DNA of 63,885 nucleotides, the filler included, from Malassezia furfur (Eukaryota): assembly GCA_052055015.1 (NCBI GenBank). It is 3 parts of 3 records of this genome, joined end to end, with 100 filler letters (N's around TTAATTAATTAA, not from the genome) between each part and the next. Parts side by side here need not be neighbours in the genome. Positions count along the whole stretch, not along the records: positions 22,585 to 44,893 come from JBQJIT010000159.1; 2 more parts are not named here. The stretch is one strand, 5' to 3'. The notes below the pieces were generated by a model that saw nothing but the letters and a program-made list of their open reading frames with translations, made no database searches and was not told the DNA's origin. Positions 33,654 through 44,993 of this stretch are shown here, piece by piece. Made by a program: the position numbers and the translations under genes. Positions within the stretch are counted from its first letter, which is position 1, and each line of letters opens with the position of its first letter.

Positions 33654-35672
33654 ATGGGATCGCGGACATGGACTGGATACGGACCCGAGGACATCGACGA
33701 TTTTAATGGATTAGGCCAGGGGCATGCGGACCCGACCGACACTGTCCTAGGAGGCACGCCCCATCTATCTGATGCCGGTCCTCGTTTGTCTGTGGGACAT
33801 CCACCGCCCAAATCTGTCAGCTTGGATGCGCCCAAGTCTTCGTCTAAGACCTGGGTACCGATGCCCCCCGCGCCTCGCCACTATACTTACCCTCTGCCTC
33901 AAGCTGAACGCGAACTTCTCTGGATGCAGTCGAATCCCAATTCGCGCGACGCATCCCACACGCCCTCACATGCCTCTGCTGACGCACAGCCGATGCGGTC
34001 CCCCTTTGACACGTCTTTGGGTTCGACAGCAGGTCAGGATAGGTCGTTTGGCTCAGCGTCACAGACGATGACCTCGATGGACCGCGACACGCCGAGCCCC
34101 CGCCTGGCGTGGGAGCGCGGCTGGCCCAATGTTCCGCCGACAATGCCGGCGATGCAGGCTCCTGATTTGCCCAACGTAACGCCCATGGTGCCTTCCGCAC
34201 AACCGATCCGCTTGTCGTCGTCGGCAGTAGGTCCCATGTATGTGTCCAACGACCTACGCTGGCCGGAAGCAGCGCCCGTGGCCGCTGGAGGCACAGTACC
34301 GTCGGGCCCTATGCGCATCCACCCCAGCATGCTGGAGGGTGCCAATGTACCGATGCTTGGGACATGGAACAACCGGATGTCCCTTCCGCGCGGGCGCGCG
34401 GATACGGTGAGCCCCCATCACGACCGCCACAACCAAGAAATTTCCACGCTTTTTATTGCCGGTTTCCCCGACGACATTACCGAGCGTGAGTTTGCCAATA
34501 TCTTTCTCTTTTCCAAGGGCTTTGAGGCGTCCATGCTCAAGTATCCTACTCCTCAGCACCCCAAATCAGGTGACGATACACATGAAAAAGGGCATCATGG
34601 CGACCACCACGACAAAGACGCGCAAGGCCCCGAGTCCACTGGCTCGCGCAACAAGCAGATTATCGGTTTTGCCAAGTTCTACACGCGGGAGGAGGCGTTT
34701 GAGGCGCGCGAGGTGCTCAACGGCTTCCGCATTGACCCCGAGCGCGGCTGTATTTTGAAGGCGGAGCTCGCCAAGAAGAATTTACATACGAAACGAAGCG
34801 CACCCTGCGTCATCAACAAACACCAGGCCACCAACGCGCACGGCGTTGCGGCGCGCGGCCTTGTCCAAGAGCCGCCGCTGTCGGCGACCGACCCTCACAC
34901 GGCGTATGCCATGGCGATGATGAACGCAGGCATTCCTCCCGCCCAAGCGAAACACTTTCCTACACCGCTAAACATGACTACGCTGGCCGACAACTCCCGC
35001 GATGCCATGTCCCCTGCGCTACCGCAGAGTGCGCCGCCACGCATGGATACGGTCCTGCCGAACCTCGGCGCGTGGACGATGCCGCCCAACTCGTTTGACA
35101 TGTCGCCGCTCTCGACGACCGAACGCAGCTCGTACATCGGCTCGCCGCCTTCGACCCGCGGCTCGGCGGTGCTCGATGCAGCTCGTGCGCCCAACAAAGG
35201 TGTACCGCCCGGATACGATACGCTGCCCAAGCGCCCCGATGTGAACGTGCGCCAGGCGAGCATAGGCGAAACGCGCCGGCCTTCGGCAGATGCGCGCGTC
35301 GCCTTCCGCGATGCGGGTGCTTGCGACCCGCTTGCGAGCTTTGACCCTGCGGCGTCGCTCGGCCGCCTGCAGCTTGGACGCGACTCGCCCGTGTCCGACC
35401 GTTCGGAAGCCAGGGATCGTGGCGGATTGCCGATTCCTCTGCCGCGCAGCGACACGAGCGACGCGGGTCTGAACAGCCTGCTGAACAGCTTCCCGCAACG
35501 CCGCAGCCCCGTGTCGATTTATACGCCCTCGACACAGTCCGAGGGTCGTTCGAGGGATGCACATGAGCCAGAACCGTCCTACTTTGACACGCCTGCTGCG
35601 GATCAGGGCACGCGCGGCCAACCGGGGGCGATGCAAGCCCAAGACGCGCTGGGTGCGTCATCGAGTTTGTAA
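33654..35672 (+). CDS. RRM RNA-binding protein (Scw1/RBPMS-couch potato-like RRM)
   Basis: EISTLFIAGFPDDITEREF, QIIGFAKF, ILKAELAKKNLH within a long disordered Pro/Ser/Met-rich protein. Confidence 0.8.
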   Translation: MGSRTWTGYGPEDIDDFNGLGQGHADPTDTVLGGTPHLSDAGPRLSVGHPPPKSVSLDAPKSSSKTWVPMPPAPRHYTYPLPQAERELLWMQSNPNSRDASHTPSHASADAQPMRSPFDTSLGSTAGQDRSFGSASQTMTSMDRDTPSPRLAWERGWPNVPPTMPAMQAPDLPNVTPMVPSAQPIRLSSSAVGPMYVSNDLRWPEAAPVAAGGTVPSGPMRIHPSMLEGANVPMLGTWNNRMSLPRGRADTVSPHHDRHNQEISTLFIAGFPDDITEREFANIFLFSKGFEASMLKYPTPQHPKSGDDTHEKGHHGDHHDKDAQGPESTGSRNKQIIGFAKFYTREEAFEAREVLNGFRIDPERGCILKAELAKKNLHTKRSAPCVINKHQATNAHGVAARGLVQEPPLSATDPHTAYAMAMMNAGIPPAQAKHFPTPLNMTTLADNSRDAMSPALPQSAPPRMDTVLPNLGAWTMPPNSFDMSPLSTTERSSYIGSPPSTRGSAVLDAARAPNKGVPPGYDTLPKRPDVNVRQASIGETRRPSADARVAFRDAGACDPLASFDPAASLGRLQLGRDSPVSDRSEARDRGGLPIPLPRSDTSDAGLNSLLNSFPQRRSPVSIYTPSTQSEGRSRDAHEPEPSYFDTPAADQGTRGQPGAMQAQDALGASSSL

Positions 35673-35776
35673 GTGACACTGGTGCGCGCGCCGCCTGCGC
35701 GCGGGGACCCATACTGATACCGTGAAGCGACGCGCCGCCCGAGTTGAACGCCGCAATAGACCTCGACGTGGAGGCA

Positions 35777-36367
35777 ATGACCGGCCTGGAGCAAACGTAC
35801 GTGAGCCCAGATTGACGCAGTGCCTACGCCTCCGGTTATGCGCAAGGTGTCGAGCAGGGCGAGCGCTTTGGGCACGGCGAAGGGCGCCTGCTTGGGCGCG
35901 AAAAAGGATTCGAGCTCTGGGAAGAGCTCGGCTACTACCTCGGCACGATCCGCGTCTGGCGGCACATCCTCGAGCACGAGCAGAGCGGGTGCGTACGACC
36001 AGGCTCACGCAGCGGTAGCCGCAAAACACAAAAGCAGCTTCAGCACTTGGCGAACCTCGAGTCGCTTATCCAGCAAATGCCGATGCATAACGACTCGTCG
36101 GTGCTCCACGACGACCAAGCTCCTATCTCTAACGATGACGATGACGATTCCCACCCAGGTCTGCAGCGGTTACTCGAGCGGATCCGCGCGAGGTACAAGC
36201 TCGCGAGCTCCAGCTTGGGAATGCCGAGATACACACAACTCCCCTTCACAGAGGCTCCCGAGTCGGCCCCGAGTGGCCCCGAGTCAAACGGACCCGCTGA
36301 ATCCGCAAAACCACACTATTCCCGCGTGGGTGGACAGCTAGTGGATGTGACACAGCTCAAGTACTGA
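35777..36367 (+). CDS. LTO1: Lto1/ORAOV1-like protein (deca-GX3 motif)
   Basis: LEQT|AYASGYAQGVEQGERFGHGEGRLLGREKGFELWEELGYYLG, LERIRARYKL; two introns. Confidence 0.78.
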
Positions 36368-36603
36368 GCCGCCGCAGCACAAGGCGGCTGCGTGTGTACG
36401 ATATGTTTCTCGTCCACAATGTATATATTTTGGATATATGGATCACGGCACGACTCCTTTCTATCCACACGCCCCCGTCGTGCGAGCGCCGCCCCCATAG
36501 CCCTCGCCGCGTCCATAGCCACGCGAAGACATGTGGAGGGCCAGCGAACAATTTCTTGCCGTGGAGACGCCGTGCCGTGCGTGCAGGTCTGCTGATCGCG
36601 CCG

Positions 36604-37768
36604 ATGCACCACCACCACAGCGTGCACGACCATCTTCTCGGGGGCCATACCCACACACATACCCACGGCTGTGCAGAGGCCGCCGCCGTCGGCATCCAGC
36701 CGGGCCAGGCCGGGACACAGCGCACGGTCGCGCAGGTCGCCCTCCTCGGCCTCGCGTCCAACGTGCTGCTGTGCCTCCTCAAGGCCGCTGCAGGTTGGGT
36801 CCTAGGTAGCGCCGTGCTACTTGCAGACGCGTCGCATTCGGCATCAGACACTTTTGGCGACGTGCTCGCACTGTTCTGCTTGTACAAATCCCAGAAACGG
36901 CCCACGCCGCGATACCCGCTGGGCTACGGCAAGCTCGAAACGCTCGGGAGCGTGGGGATCAGCATCATGCTCCTCTGCTCATCGGTCGGCATCATCGTGC
37001 ATGCGTGCACGCGCCTCACACAGACCATGCCAGACGCCTGGCGCTCGGCGCTGGGCCCAGCGACCTCGTGGCTAGGGATTGCACTGGATGCGCTCGGCGT
37101 CGGCCACGCACACGGCCACGCACACGGACATGCACACGATACGCACGCTGCAAGTGCAAGCGCCATCTCGTTTGTGCTGATCGGCATCCTTGCCAAAGAG
37201 GCGCTCTATCAATTTACCCACCGCATGGCGCGGCGAACGCACAGCTCCGTGCTCGAGGTAGGTGTGGACACACTCACACAGGCGAGCGCCTATCACCACC
37301 GTATGGAGGCCATTGGCTCGCTCGGCTCGTTTCTCGCGATCGCGGGGAGCTGGCTTGGTTTCCCCATGCTCGACCCCTTGGGCGGGCTGCTGCTGGCGCT
37401 GCTGTACGGGCGCGGCGCATGGTCGCTGCTGTTCACTGCGCTGCAGCAGCTGTGCGATCAGCGCGTGTCAAAAGAGGTGTACGAGACGATCCAGAACGCG
37501 TTCGACGAGGCGATTGTCGAGTGCAAGGCCCATGACACGCCGCCGTGCGAGTACAGTGCACTGACGGCCATCGGCAGCGGGCGGAATGTGGTGGTACACG
37601 CGACGCTGCACTTTTCGCCCCACGTCCGCGTCGCGGATGCACTCAAGACCGAAAGGCGCGTGCACGATGCGGTGCGTGCGGCAGTGCCAACGGTACGTGG
37701 GCGTGCGACGTGGGCTGACGCAGATTATCGTGCTCCAGATCCGGTTGAGCCTTGCGGACGTAGCGTAG
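36604..37768 (+). CDS. Cation diffusion facilitator metal transporter (Mmt1/Mmt2-like), His-rich
   Basis: SAVLLADASHSASD, YPLGYGKLETLGS, HAHGHAHGHAH loop, DPLGGLLL. The start could lie further upstream in the same open frame; introns 37258-37281 and one near the 3' end. Confidence 0.85.
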
Positions 37769-37783
37769 GTCGAACTATGTTGC

Positions 37784-38237
37784 CTACTTGGGGATGCCCT
37801 CCGGGTAGCCCGAGTTGGGCGAGGGCTTGTAGCGCCACGGCAGCCCCGACTCGTCGAGGCGCTTTTCGGCCTCGGGCGTGGCCCACTGCCGGACACTGTG
37901 TGAGCGGCACTCGCGGCGACGTACCTCTTGTCAGGCTTGTAGTAGAGCAGGACACCAAAGGCAGCCATCCCGCCATAGAAGCCCCAGTACCAGAGGCGCT
38001 CCCAAGCGGCCTTTTCCCGCTTCTGACCCGGTGCGGGCGGCTGTGTGAGACGCGCAACCCACCTTTTCACCAAAGAGGTAGCCTGGGTGTTAGTATGGCG
38101 TGTGTGCCGAGTGGAGACGTACCCGACGGCTCGTTGTAGCTCGGAGGACCGCCTGCATAGCGGCGCTGCATGCGCAGGGCCATGGGGCGCTGCGCGACCG
38201 CGCGCGCGGTGCTCAGACTGCTGACGCGCGCAAACAT
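37784..38237 (-). CDS. NADH:ubiquinone oxidoreductase ESSS subunit (NDUFB11)
   Basis: Presequence, then YNEPSG|YLFGEK|PPAPGQKREKAAWE..WYWG..YYKPD..VRQWA..EA..RL; three introns. Confidence 0.88.
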
Positions 38238-38415
38238 GAAGGGGGAATGGCGACGCGGACGGACCTGGCCAAGCGGTTCCCTCACGTGCGAGCAATTAGT
38301 CAGCGTGTTTGTTCGGTGCTCCAGCGGGGTCTCGGCGTGCCCCCAGCGACGCCACAGGCAACCGTTCCCCAGCCGCCTGGAAAACAGGCGCTGGCATTGT
38401 GCATTGGCCCTTGCG

Positions 38416-39911
38416 ATGGCCATACTGGTGGAACCTGTGGTGGGAGCCGCGTTGATGCACTCGCACACCCCCTCCCACATGGGTGGTGCGGCGTACCAGG
38501 CGCAGCCGGCAGGCATCGATGTCGCCGAGACGGCGGTGCACGACACCGACGGGCACGACGACGCCGAGGTGGACGAGGATGACGAGGATGTTGGGCAGCC
38601 CGAACCGATGGCGCCCGAGTTGCTGAGCGAGGCCATGGTACGCTCGGGCTTCCTGCTCAAGCGCGGCGACAAGCGCAAAGTAGGTCCCCTCTCCTCACAC
38701 AGGCCTGGAAGAAACGCTGGGTGGTGCTGCGCGCCTCGCGCCTCGCCTTCTACAAAAACCAGAAAGAGTACCGGCTGATGAAGGTGGTCAACACACACGA
38801 AATCCGCGCCGCCGTACCAGTCGACTTCAAGCGTGTCGGCCTCACCGTCGGCATCGTCACCCCAGAGCGCACGCTGTACATCCGCGGCGCCACGCAGGAG
38901 GAGACGTATGCCTGGCTGCACGACATTAATCGCATCCGCGAACAATCGCGTGACTCCCAACCGGGCCATGAGCTCGCGCACCAGATGCACGCACTCCATG
39001 TGCGCGCCGACGGACGACCCCTGTCACCCCGCATGAACACGGGCCCCACGACGCTGCATCGTGCGGAGCAGAGCGCAGGGGGCGCACCCATGACGATTGC
39101 ACCGCGCTCCGCGACTGCGCCGACCGTCAGTATCTCGCAGGTGTGCGACGACATGCGCTCGGAGCCGATGGTGCTGAGTACGTCGCCATTGTCGACGACG
39201 ACGATGCAGCGCGCAACGGGGCGGGAAGAGCCGCACACCGGTGATGTGCCGAGCCCGCGCCTGCGTGCTGCGCCACCGATCTCCGAGGCACTCGAACACG
39301 ACGACGCGCACGACGACGCGCGGCTGATGCCGCCGGCGATGCAGCCTGTCCTGAGCTCATCCGAGGAGGAGGGCGAGCAGGACGAAGCGCGCGCGGAGCC
39401 CGTGCCGCTACCTCTCCCGAGCCGCGACGAAGACGTGGACCGGATCGTTGCGCAGGGCTACTTGATGAAGCAGAGCTCGCGGCGGAAGCAGTGGCGCAAG
39501 CGCTGGTTTGTGCTGACCGTGAACAAGATGTTTTACACGGGCAGCCACATGGAAACCCGCGCGCACCGCAGCATTCCCACGTCGATGATCCTCGACGTGA
39601 TGGAGTGCGAGCCGCCGGCGAGTGCGAATCCGCCGTTCAGTCTGCGGTCGCTGTCGAGTGCAGCGCTGCCGACGGACGGGCCGCATGCCAAGCATGCGGC
39701 GCATGCCGACTCGCCGATCCAGAGCGTGTTTGCCCCATGGAAACAGCGCATGGAGCACTGTTTCAAGATTGTGACGCCGATGAGGACCTACTTTTTGTGC
39801 GCGCCGACCGAGGAGGAGGAAATCAAGTGGCTCAGTGCCCTGCAGACCATCCTGAACCGGCAGCGCAGCGCGCCTGGGTCCCAGCAACGAACCGTGATGA
39901 CCCCTCACTGA
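38416..39911 (+). CDS. Tandem PH-domain protein (Opy1-like)
   Basis: RSGFLLKRGDKRK|AWKKRWVVLRASRLAFYK and a second PH domain, QGYLMKQSSRRKQWRKRWFVL...EEEEIKWLSALQ. Confidence 0.85.
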
Positions 39912-39936
39912 AGCGAAGTATTGTATATATGTTTAT

Positions 39937-40643
39937 TTAGAGACCTTCGTCTACGTTGACCACGCGACTCGGGTCGGTGAGGTGCGCCACGTCCGCCCAC
40001 CGGCGCAGCACCGCCGGTGTGCTCGTCAAGTCGATCTCCGAGATGCTGCAGTTCCAGAAACGCGACGGCTGCACGTCCGGCGCAAGCTCAACGTGGCCAT
40101 CGGCAAACATCACCGTGTTGGTGAGCGCACTCAGCGCGCCGCCGTGGCTCACCAGCACCGTCGTCCCCGGCGTGCGCGCCGCCGTCACACGCAGATCATC
40201 ATAGAAGGAACGCAGCCGCTCCTTCATCCTGTGTCAGCTTCCCATACACGTACGCCTCGCGGCTCTCGATGCCCTCGGTGTCGTCGGGCTTTTGCGAGGG
40301 GCCTCGGTACACTTTGCCCTGCAGCACGCCAAAGTGGCGCTCCATGATGCGCGCATCCGTCTCGACAGGGACATGCGGGTGGTGCTGTGCAATGGCCTCC
40401 GCCGTCTGGGTCAGCTCGATGCACGTACGTGCAGCGCGCGCGTCAGCGGACTCGACACAATGCGCACAATCGGCGCGTCGCGGAGCGCCTCGCCCGTCAT
40501 GGTTGCCTGGCGCCGGCCAAGATCGTTGAGCGACGTGTCCAGCTGGCCCTGGATGATGCCTGTGTGAGCGGCGATGGCCTACCCTGCACATTCTCATTCG
40601 TCTCGCCGTGCCGCACAAGCAGCAAGCGCGGCGAAGAGGCCAT
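39937..40643 (-). CDS. Histidine phosphatase / phosphoglycerate mutase family protein
   Basis: LLLVRHGETNENVQG|IIQGQLDTSLN, VSSPLTRA, IMERHFG, VLVSHGG; three short introns. Confidence 0.88.
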
Positions 40644-40663
40644 GGTGTGGAACAACCTCCACC

Positions 40664-42659
40664 ATGATCCAGTTTGGCAGCCAGCTGGCCCTCGATGGGA
40701 ACAGCGTCGCGCTGCTCATCCTGATCACCTATTTCTGCCAGGCAGCGCCGCCGGATGGCGAGGAGCGAGCGCAGTGCATCCTCCTGATCATGATTGCGCG
40801 CATGATGGAGCAGCTGGACGCGCCGCCGGCGTCACTCGCCGAGCTCCAGACGCGTCTGCACCGCGCGTTCGCCAGGTATCCCGAGACGTACGAGGGCATC
40901 TCTACCTACCTGGCCCACTGGTTCGTCCTGCTCGACAACCTCGACGGGCTCACGGAGCTGTTCCATGCCAAGCTGCCCGAGTGCTTGCACCACGCGCACG
41001 AAGAAATTCCCGAGGGCGCCCAGGTCCTTGCGCGCCGCTCGTACCTCGGCGTGTACGTGCGGCGCGCGCGGCTCGCATTCGAGATGCTGCTTGATGCAGA
41101 GCGTCTGCAGCTCGCGGCATCGTGTGCAGCGTGGCGCACGGGCGCGCCGCACGGCCTCGCCGACGAATGGCGCACCAATAGCCAGGCATGCGCATTTCGG
41201 CAATGGCGCACAAGCGCCCGGAAAGGCGATTACGAGTCGACCAAGAACGAGCTGCATGCCTTCTTTGACCTAACACTCCCAGGGTGCGACCAGGAGCTGC
41301 ACCAGCATGCGCTGCTCAACCTCGCCCACTTTCATATCCAGACGCGCGGCTACGCTGCCGCGCGCACGGCGCTCGACGAGGCCATCCTGCTTGCACGCAC
41401 GGTCGGCGACACCGAGTGCATGCGTGCGTGCGACCACCTGCTGCAGCAGCTCGGGGCGCTCGACCCCCCGCCTCCGGGCACACACGGCTGGCTCCTGACG
41501 GAGCGCGCGTCCGACTCGCAGCTCACGTGCGGTGCCTATGCGCCGCTCACACGCTGGCAGGCCGAGCAGCACCTGCGCGAGTGCAAGCCGCTGCTGGGCA
41601 TCGTACAGGCGCTTGCAGATGCGACGTGGGCGTCGCGCTCGGATGCGCGCAAGCCAGGCGCCGATTGGGAGCCGCGGCCCAGCATCGAGCGGAGTGCCGC
41701 GTGTCCCTCGGCGGTGCTCGCGCGCGTCTGGCTGCGGCTCGGCGTGGCGCCCGTGGCCGAGGCGTACCTTGAGCACATCGACGGCCTTGGGCAGAGCACG
41801 CGCGACTGGCGCGAGCTGCGCCTCAGCGCTGCGGCGACGCAGGCGTACGCTGCGGCCGAGTCGGGCGCGTACGATGCGGCGTTCCATACGCTGCTGCAGC
41901 CGCGCACGTTGCAGCTCCTCAAAACGATGCAACACTACGACACGTGGCAGTCCGCCGTATGGCGCATCGTGCATATGCGTGTACGGAGGCAGGGGCACAC
42001 GGCGACGCTCCGGCGCCTTGCCGAGCTGTGCCCCGACGTGTGTGCGTGGGATGAGGCAGAGGCGGCGGCGTCTGCCTCGGCGCTGCGGCAGCTGGACGAG
42101 GCGCGGGCGATCCTCGAGGCCAAGCAGCCGTTTGCATGCCTCGACCTGTTGATGCAGTCAGTGGCAAGCGCCGAGCAGCAGCATCTGTACCCGCTGCAGC
42201 GCCGCGGGCTGGCACTCCTTGCCGAGGTGTTTACCACTGCGCTCGGAAACGCCGAGCAGGCGCTCGACCCGACACTTGCCGAGATTCTGCCCCAGGCACT
42301 CGCAGACCACAACGCGGAGCGTCGCGGATGCGTAGAGCTGGTCTATGCACAGACGCTGCTCGCTTTACACAAGGCCGAGGACGCGCGTGCATGGCTGACG
42401 CGCGCCGAGCAAGGTACGTGGTGCGACTGACCCAGACTTTGCCGCGACGGAAAACTATACCGAGCAAGCTGCGTGTCTTTACATGCACGCTCGCATTGCA
42501 AACCACCTAGGGGACACTCGCGCACGCGACGAGCTTGCGACGGCGCACGGCGACGTGCACCGCCGCGCGCACGAGGCGGCTACGGCGCCGGACGCCGAAC
42601 CCCATGTACCCCGCCTCCACATGCTCGTGAATGCGGTAGTGAGAAACGTCATTGACTAA
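40664..42659 (+). CDS. APC5: Anaphase-promoting complex subunit 5
   Basis: RRSYLGVYVRR, GDYESTKNELHAFFD..HQHALLNLAHFH..ALDEAILLAR..D..C (ANAPC5 domain); 22-nt intron 42414-42435. Confidence 0.82.
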
Positions 42660-42678
42660 GCCGGAACCTTAAACTACG

Positions 42679-43279
42679 ATGCCGGTGGAACTGATCACGG
42701 TGGACGACGCAGCCGCCTGGGCGAGCTCGTCCATCAACGACAGTGTGACGAACGCGCATGGGTGGACCTACTTTGCGCTGCACGGCACCGACTGTAAGCT
42801 CGTGTATGCAGCGCGCGACGGCGTCGTGGCCGGCTCCGGCAAGCGCGCCGAGACGGAGCGCCCGAGCCGCGCATACCAGACCGAGATGCGGTTCCGGATG
42901 CGTGTGAAGGAGGAGATGACGAACTCTTTCGGCACGGTGCACGGTGGGTGCCTCGCGACTGTGATTGACACGCTCTCTTCGTTCCTGATGCCACTGCACT
43001 CGAGCGGCGAGATGGGTCAGCCATGGCTCACGTTTGGCGTGTCGCAGACGCTCACCGTGAACTACCTGGCGCCGACGCGTGTCAACAAGTGGATCGAGGT
43101 CGCGGTCAAGTCGCTGTCGGTCGGCAAAAACGTCGCGCTGCTCGACACGCAAGTGTACGAGCTGGCGGGCGACGAGCACAGCGAGCGCAAGGTGCTCACC
43201 GCGACTAGCACGCACAACAAGGTACGTTGCGCACGCTCACTCCCAGGTCGACGTGAGCTCGCGTATGTCCAAGCTATAG
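42679..43279 (+). CDS. PaaI/ACOT13-type acyl-CoA thioesterase (hotdog fold)
   Basis: [46 protein letters not shown]; one intron before the last exon. Confidence 0.88.
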
Positions 43280-43287
43280 TGTACAGA

Positions 43288-44271
43288 TTAGCGCCAACGG
43301 TTGCGGTCCATGCCGCCGCGTGCGCCCATGCGCCCTGGGTGGGGGCATGCATTGGCAAAGTGGCCATATTCGCCGCACTTGTAGCACAACACCTCGTTGA
43401 GCTCGCGCCGGCGTGGGTCGCGGGGCGCGCTCGCCATCGGCGTCTTGCGCAGCTCCTCGGCCGCGGCCCAGTCGGCCTCGGGCACAATCGCGCGCCCGGT
43501 GCGCGGGTCCGTGGGCAGCTCGTGGATGCCCGGCCCGGTGCCGAACGCCTCCATGATCGGCAGCGGGCGGTGCGTGAGCAGCGGCGTGGTGGCACGCGAC
43601 TCGGGCGTCGGCTGGAGCGCCTTGACACTGGGTGAGTGTGCGCGACGTACTGTCCCATGTTGCACTCGGGCCCGAGCGGACAGAAGCCCGCGAGGTAGTA
43701 GGGGCACGCCACCTGGCGCATGTGTTTCTTGGGACACTGCGGGCCTGGGTCAGTTGCGCACCGACGTACCGCGTGGGCAGAAGCCGCGCTTGTACAGCTC
43801 GCATTCGCGGCGCTTCACGGAGGGGTCGATGTGTACGTACAGGCACTCGTCGCCGGCGTTGCAGAAGCCGTACGTCGCGTAGAAGCGGCACTCGGCCATG
43901 CGCCGCAGGTCGTACTCGTGCAGGTAGTCGCATGCGTCGCCCTTTTTGCACAGGCCACGCAGCCAGTGCTTGCACACGGTGCGGCGGAGCGCGTCGCGCC
44001 CCGGTGCGGGCACGGTGGGCGAGGGCGTGACAATATGGCGCAGGGGACACTGGCTCTGGAGCGCGCACCGTCCCTTGCGGTACCGCGGACACACCTCGTC
44101 GTCGGTGTCGAGGCGGAGCTGCAACTCGCGCTTCACGAACGGCTCGAACGAGAACTCGTTATGCTGCCAGTCTCCCTCGGTCGGGGGCCGCCGGATGCGC
44201 ACGCTCGAGAAGAGCGACGAGTTTGCATGGATGGGCACATAGTCCACCGGCAGTGCGAGGATGTCGGACAT
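43288..44271 (-). CDS. YTH1: CPSF30/Yth1 mRNA 3'-end processing factor
   Basis: CCCH fingers ([44 protein letters not shown]) and a C-terminal zinc knuckle, [14 protein letters not shown]; two introns. Confidence 0.93.
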
Positions 44272-44344
44272 CGTCGCACGCCGCACACCAGCTCCACCGC
44301 CAAATCGGGCGGATTTCGCGGACCTGACCCCTCCACCTTCGACT

Positions 44345-44893
44345 ATGCCATCCGGGGGGGCGTGGGGCCGGACCCCTGGAGTGGCGCCGCCGCCGCGCGC
44401 AGGTCCGTCGGCATCGGCGTTCCCCGACCTGGCCAGCGCACAGCGCATCCCCACCACACGGCGCACGCGCTCGGCGGCGCGCGCTATGTGGGCGTCCGAC
44501 GAGCTGGGCGGCGTTTCGCCCGCGCCGCAGACCCGCACCGACCAGCTCAACGCGCGCGCAACGCAGTGGCGGCGCACCGGCCGCGTCGCGCGCGAGATCG
44601 TGTTCCGCGACGAGACCATCGTGCCGGTGGCGCACACGTCCGCAACCACGCTCGAGGACGAGGAGCGTGGCGCAAGCATCGCCAGTGTTCGCATCCACGA
44701 CAAGACCCAGGGCGCCGCGCTCGGCGCCTGGGCATCGCTTTTCCAGCCGCGCGCCGACCCGCTCGTGACGGAAGTGCGCCTCGCGCGCACACACGCCGCG
44801 CGCACGCCCGCGCGCCTGCGCGCCGCCGACCTGGCCCTCCACACCGTGCACGACGCCGCCGAGCTGGCGGTGTGCCCCGCGCCCGGCGCGGTG
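44345..44893 (+). CDS. Hypothetical protein, N-terminal fragment cut by the gap
   Basis: Open frame with coding-like codon usage, divergent from YTH1 and running into the N spacer; no family recognised. Confidence 0.5.
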
Positions 44894-44993
44894 NNNNNNN
44901 NNNNNNNNNNNNNNNNNNNNNNNNNNNNNNNNNNNNNTTAATTAATTAANNNNNNNNNNNNNNNNNNNNNNNNNNNNNNNNNNNNNNNNNNNN
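44894..44993. other. Artificial 100-bp contig spacer (44 N + TTAATTAATTAA + 44 N)
   Basis: Identical to the spacer at 22485-22584. Confidence 0.97.

Noticed and set aside
44261..44271. ATGTCGGACAT reads MSDI on both strands, suggesting overlapping divergent starts
   Set aside because: The minus-strand ATG is the YTH1 start. The plus-strand gene has a more plausible ATG at 44345, so this is probably chance.
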